The position numbers and the translations under genes are program-made. A model generated the notes under the pieces. The model did not search any database. It worked only from the letters and a program-made list of their open reading frames with translations, and was not told the DNA's origin. Of a stretch of 64,000 bases of DNA, positions 60,549-64,000 are shown piece after piece; positions within the stretch are counted from its first letter, which is position 1; the number at the start of each line of letters is the position of its first letter. Origin of the DNA: Pavona decussata (Eukaryota); contig CDRNST010000090.1 of assembly GCA_977016875.1 (NCBI GenBank), positions 806,001-870,000 of the forward strand. The letters run 5' to 3'.

Positions 60549-62935
60549 CCCTTTCCAGCCCAAGAGTGCCATATGGCACTCCCCTGTACCACCCCTCAAA
60601 AGCCCAAGAGTGCCATATGGCACGTTTACCTCACTGCTTTTCAACCAATTAAAAACGTTCTTCCTTTGCTGTTCCAGGTCTCTTTTGTATTTCAACCAAT
60701 AGGAATACAATTTTACTTTCATTTGAGTCTACATTCAGGGGTAGGGTTCATACAAATTTTTGATGATATCGTAAGTTGAAAGTGAGCGCAATTCCTTCAA
60801 AATGGCGGCGCTCTTTGATTCGGATAGCAAGGAAGAAGAGTTTTTGGGATTCGGTCAACCACTCGAATCCAGCAGAAATAACTCAGATAGTGAGTCACAT
60901 ATATCTGTGTCAACTGTAAATACTGAAGACCTTTCGAATCTTGAGCTTACCGACTCGGAAACTGAAGAAGAGAGCTTTGTGGAGTGGAACGCAAATTTTG
61001 ACCCAGTCGTAGTGAATTCCTTTGTTGAAAATACTGGTCCAGTCACCGATGTCACCAGCAAATCTGCCCTTGATGTCTTTAAAGTGATGTTTAAAGAAGA
61101 GAATTTCAACAGAATTGCTGAAGAAACCAACTGCTATGCTCGGCAAATGATGGAATGAGATGCACGCGGATGAAATCCGTGCATTCTTCGCAGTTAACAT
61201 AATGTTTCAAATCAAACAACTGCCAGAAGTCCATTCATACTGGACGAAGAATCCTCTCCTTGGCATTCCGAGGATCTAAAAGGTATTTTCAAGAAATCGT
61301 TTTAAGAGGGTTTCTCACTATCTTCATGTGAACAACAAGAAAAGAGAATTACCACATGGTGATGCCAACCATGACAAAAGTGGGGCCGCTATTTGATTCT
61401 GTTGTTTCATCGATACCAAGCAAATACGGGCCAACATGGCCCAACAACGGTACATGCTGCATATATAATTTAATTATTTGTCTAGTTTTTTATTTGCTTT
61501 TTTTTTGTTTCAATGTTTTGTGTTTTGTCTTGTGCTGTGTCAGGGCTCCATTTAAACTAGCTCTGCTAAATTGGATGCCCCTGGATAAATATTGAATTAA
61601 ATAAAATAAATAAATGAAAATAAAACAACAAAAATCTTTCCGTCAACGAGGCGATGATTCCCTTTAAAAGTAGTCAGAATAAAACAGTACATGCCGCTAA
61701 AGCCAGTAAAAAGAGGCATTAAAGTTTGGGAATGTGCTGACACTTCGAATGGCTATGTTTGTAACCAGAGAGTTTACACAGGGAAGGAGAGACATGCAAA
61801 TCCCAAACAAGGACTTGGATACCGTGTTGTCCACGCCTTAACTTGGCCTGTGGTTGGCACAAACCGCCATGCCTTTATTGACAACTTCTTTTCTTATGCT
61901 GAGCGACCAAATTTATGTTTTTGGAACTGTCCATTCAAATCGGCAAGGCATTCCACGGGAGATTGCGCCAACTACGCAACTAGTGAAACGTCTTTGACAA
62001 GGAGAATCGCTATTCCTGGGAACAGAGAAGGTGATCCTGACCGTGTGGAAAGACGAGTGCCAAGCGTTCCCGTTGTTAAATCTTATAACAACAACATGGA
62101 CGGTGTTGATCTTAATTATCAACTTCGGGGATACTACATGACGGGAAGAAAATCAAAGAAATGGTGGCGCTGTCGTGGATGTTTCTATCGTCAATGCCCA
62201 CATTTTGGAGAGATTATCTCAGAATCATAAACAGAACTCAGCTCGCTTTTCGGCTGAAATTGGTCCGATATTTGATCGGCGATTTTTCATCACGAAGATT
62301 GTCAGTGAGTTCTGGGCGAATTGAAGGCGGGCACTGGCCAATTTCCTACACCAAACGACGCTGCAAGCATTGCCTAAAGCAGAAGAAAACTACTTGGTGT
62401 TGAATGGCTTGCGAACTTTGCGGCAAACACATTTGCTTAGACTGCTTTCGTAATCATACCGCAGAGGATCTTGCTTGAACAGTGGTGCGAAGTTTGAAAT
62501 TGCACTTTGCTAATTTCTGTCATTTAAGAAAATGTCTTGCCTTTGAAAATCTTAAAAATAACATGCAACATGCATTTAGTCCGTAGTTTTTCTCTTTTGG
62601 AGAGTAGAATGAGCATTATTAGTGGAATTAAGTTGTTTCTTGCTTTTGCAGTTGTTAATCACAAAGACAACATGAAGTCAATATTCAAGTCTTTGTTCTG
62701 TTCTAATTTGTAGCTGAGTAGTTCAGCAGCGTTTTCCGGAAAGGTCAAGATTTGTATATCATCAAAAGCCCATTACCTTCAGAGCAATGTTTTTCTGTAA
62801 TGTCTTCGCTAGAAATCCCTAGTTTACGAGATATTAAATAAAACGTGGAATGATGTTAGTTTGGCTTAGTAAGGTCAATTTCCCTTGGACAGGAGGGGGG
62901 GTTCCCAGTATGTGGCACCCTTGGACAGGAAAGGG
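60549..62935 (+). mobile_element. Full-length but decayed piggyBac element
   Basis: TTAA at 60545-60548 and 62936-62939. 26-bp TIR CCCTTTCCAGCCCAAGAGTGCCATAT with 4 mismatches. Transposase remnants at 60802-62480: EETNCYA, LSVNEAMIPFK, KPVKRGIKVW, FIDNFF, YNNNMDGVDL and a Cys-rich tail. Confidence 0.92.
61437..61625 (+). mobile_element. Short non-LTR 3'-tail insertion with A-rich end
   Basis: Flanked by CAACA (61432-61436 and 61626-61630), with a T-rich body and (AATAA)-like tail. Interrupts YGPT|..NLSVNEAM. Confidence 0.65.
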
Positions 62936-62939
62936 TTAA

Positions 62940-64000
62940 GGGCAACACCACAAGCAGGCTGTATGCCAAAAGGAAAGTTTGCCAAGATGTAATTTTAGAA
63001 GAAAGTAGCAAGGACATATTCAACTACTCAGCAAACAAAGCGAGCCAACCTACTGGAGACAAGATGTTGCGAAAAAGCAAATTAGTAAGCAGCGGTATGT
63101 CCATCATGCAAAGCATGTGCTGGAAAAGATGTAGACAGAAGCGTATCTTGAATTTCATTTACTTTATCCTGATGTGAAAATCAAGCAAAGGAAATTTGAA
63201 AGCCTAAATTATTTTTTGTGAGCCAAGCTAAGGAGAGAGATAGAAGATTATGTCTCTACTTAGAACATGTTGAAACAAAAATTGTAATTGATGCTTGAAT
63301 GAAGTTTCCCAAGGGAATTGGCGAGGAAACTCATGACAATGAATACCCTGTCCTGAAGTCTTCAACAAAAGCAACTGAAAAGACTCTCTGCCCAAAACAA
63401 AAAGGAAACACTTATCATAATATTAACTGTTTAAAAAAAAAAACAATGCGACTGATGGGGTCGACACATTAACACTTCTTTCAGAGCAGACTTCTGCTGA
63501 AGGATGTGCTCTGGTCCTGTTACAAATAAATGTCAATGGAAAAATATGCTCTCAAATGGCCAAGAGAAAAAGGAGCTGCCCTCGTTCTTTTTAAGGACTT
63601 TGAGGAGCTCCAAGTAACCCATCCAAGTCATTCATTCATGGCAAGATGGCAACGTGATTGGCTAGACAACCTGCTGGACTACTTTTCATATGGTATGTGT
63701 GCATAGCTACTCTGAGGGGTATGCATGCAGGAAGCAACAAGAGATCCAGTCAGAGTACTTTGATGTTGCTTAGGTATCAGCACGCGACAATCCTTCACTG
63801 CCACGTGATACAAGTCATAGATGAAGTGACAAGTACAGAAAGGAACCACACCTCATCAAAGAGCATGTGTTTGTCATCTCCGATGACACAATCAAAGATC
63901 ACGTCAGTGTCCACAAGGTACAAGAGCTGATTCACAACTACTTGGAATGATCAATTATGTTGGCTGATGCATGAGTTCGGCGACAGTTGTGTGGCCCAAT
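62940..64000 (+). pseudogene. Decayed DDE transposase (Sola-like); its 5' part probably lies at ~60100-60544, split by the piggyBac
   Basis: YPDVKIKQRKFESL, TLCPK, QQEIQSEYF, KEHVFVISDD...DHVSVHKVQ and MHEFGDSCVAQ (cf. FTDGCAAQYK). Joining across the TTAA gives DQESILKGNTTS. Confidence 0.55.

Overview
AT-rich animal genomic DNA, most likely cnidarian (stony coral); that assignment is an inference from repeat and TE style. The window is a nested transposon graveyard with no intact host protein-coding gene, rRNA or CRISPR array that I can support. Best-supported contents: (1) five piggyBac-family copies or fragments. One (37264-40121) is nearly intact, and its pre-insertion empty site lies in a paralogous segment at 270-273. 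(2) A DIRS-type tyrosine-recombinase retroelement (54761-58810) with a CCHC gag piece, RT, RNase H, a Dam-like methyltransferase domain and a YR. (3) A second, rearranged DIRS-like element (10340-13340) with an apparently spliced gag. (4) Two Crypton YR transposons, and Penelope-like and L2-like RT fragments. (5) Two TTAA-flanked Kolobok-type MITEs, plus intron-containing Kolobok-like, DUF7869/Sola-like and hAT transposase remnants. (6) tRNA-derived SINE-like repeats, including a palindromic twin. (7) Decayed cargo-type domains: RecQ helicase, Ulp1+PHD, SET, THAP, OTU and OB-fold. (8) A ~490-bp tandem array built around a TLDc-domain coding fragment. Family assignments come from motif recognition by eye and need HMM/Repbase/Dfam confirmation. 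Coordinates of degenerate elements are approximate.
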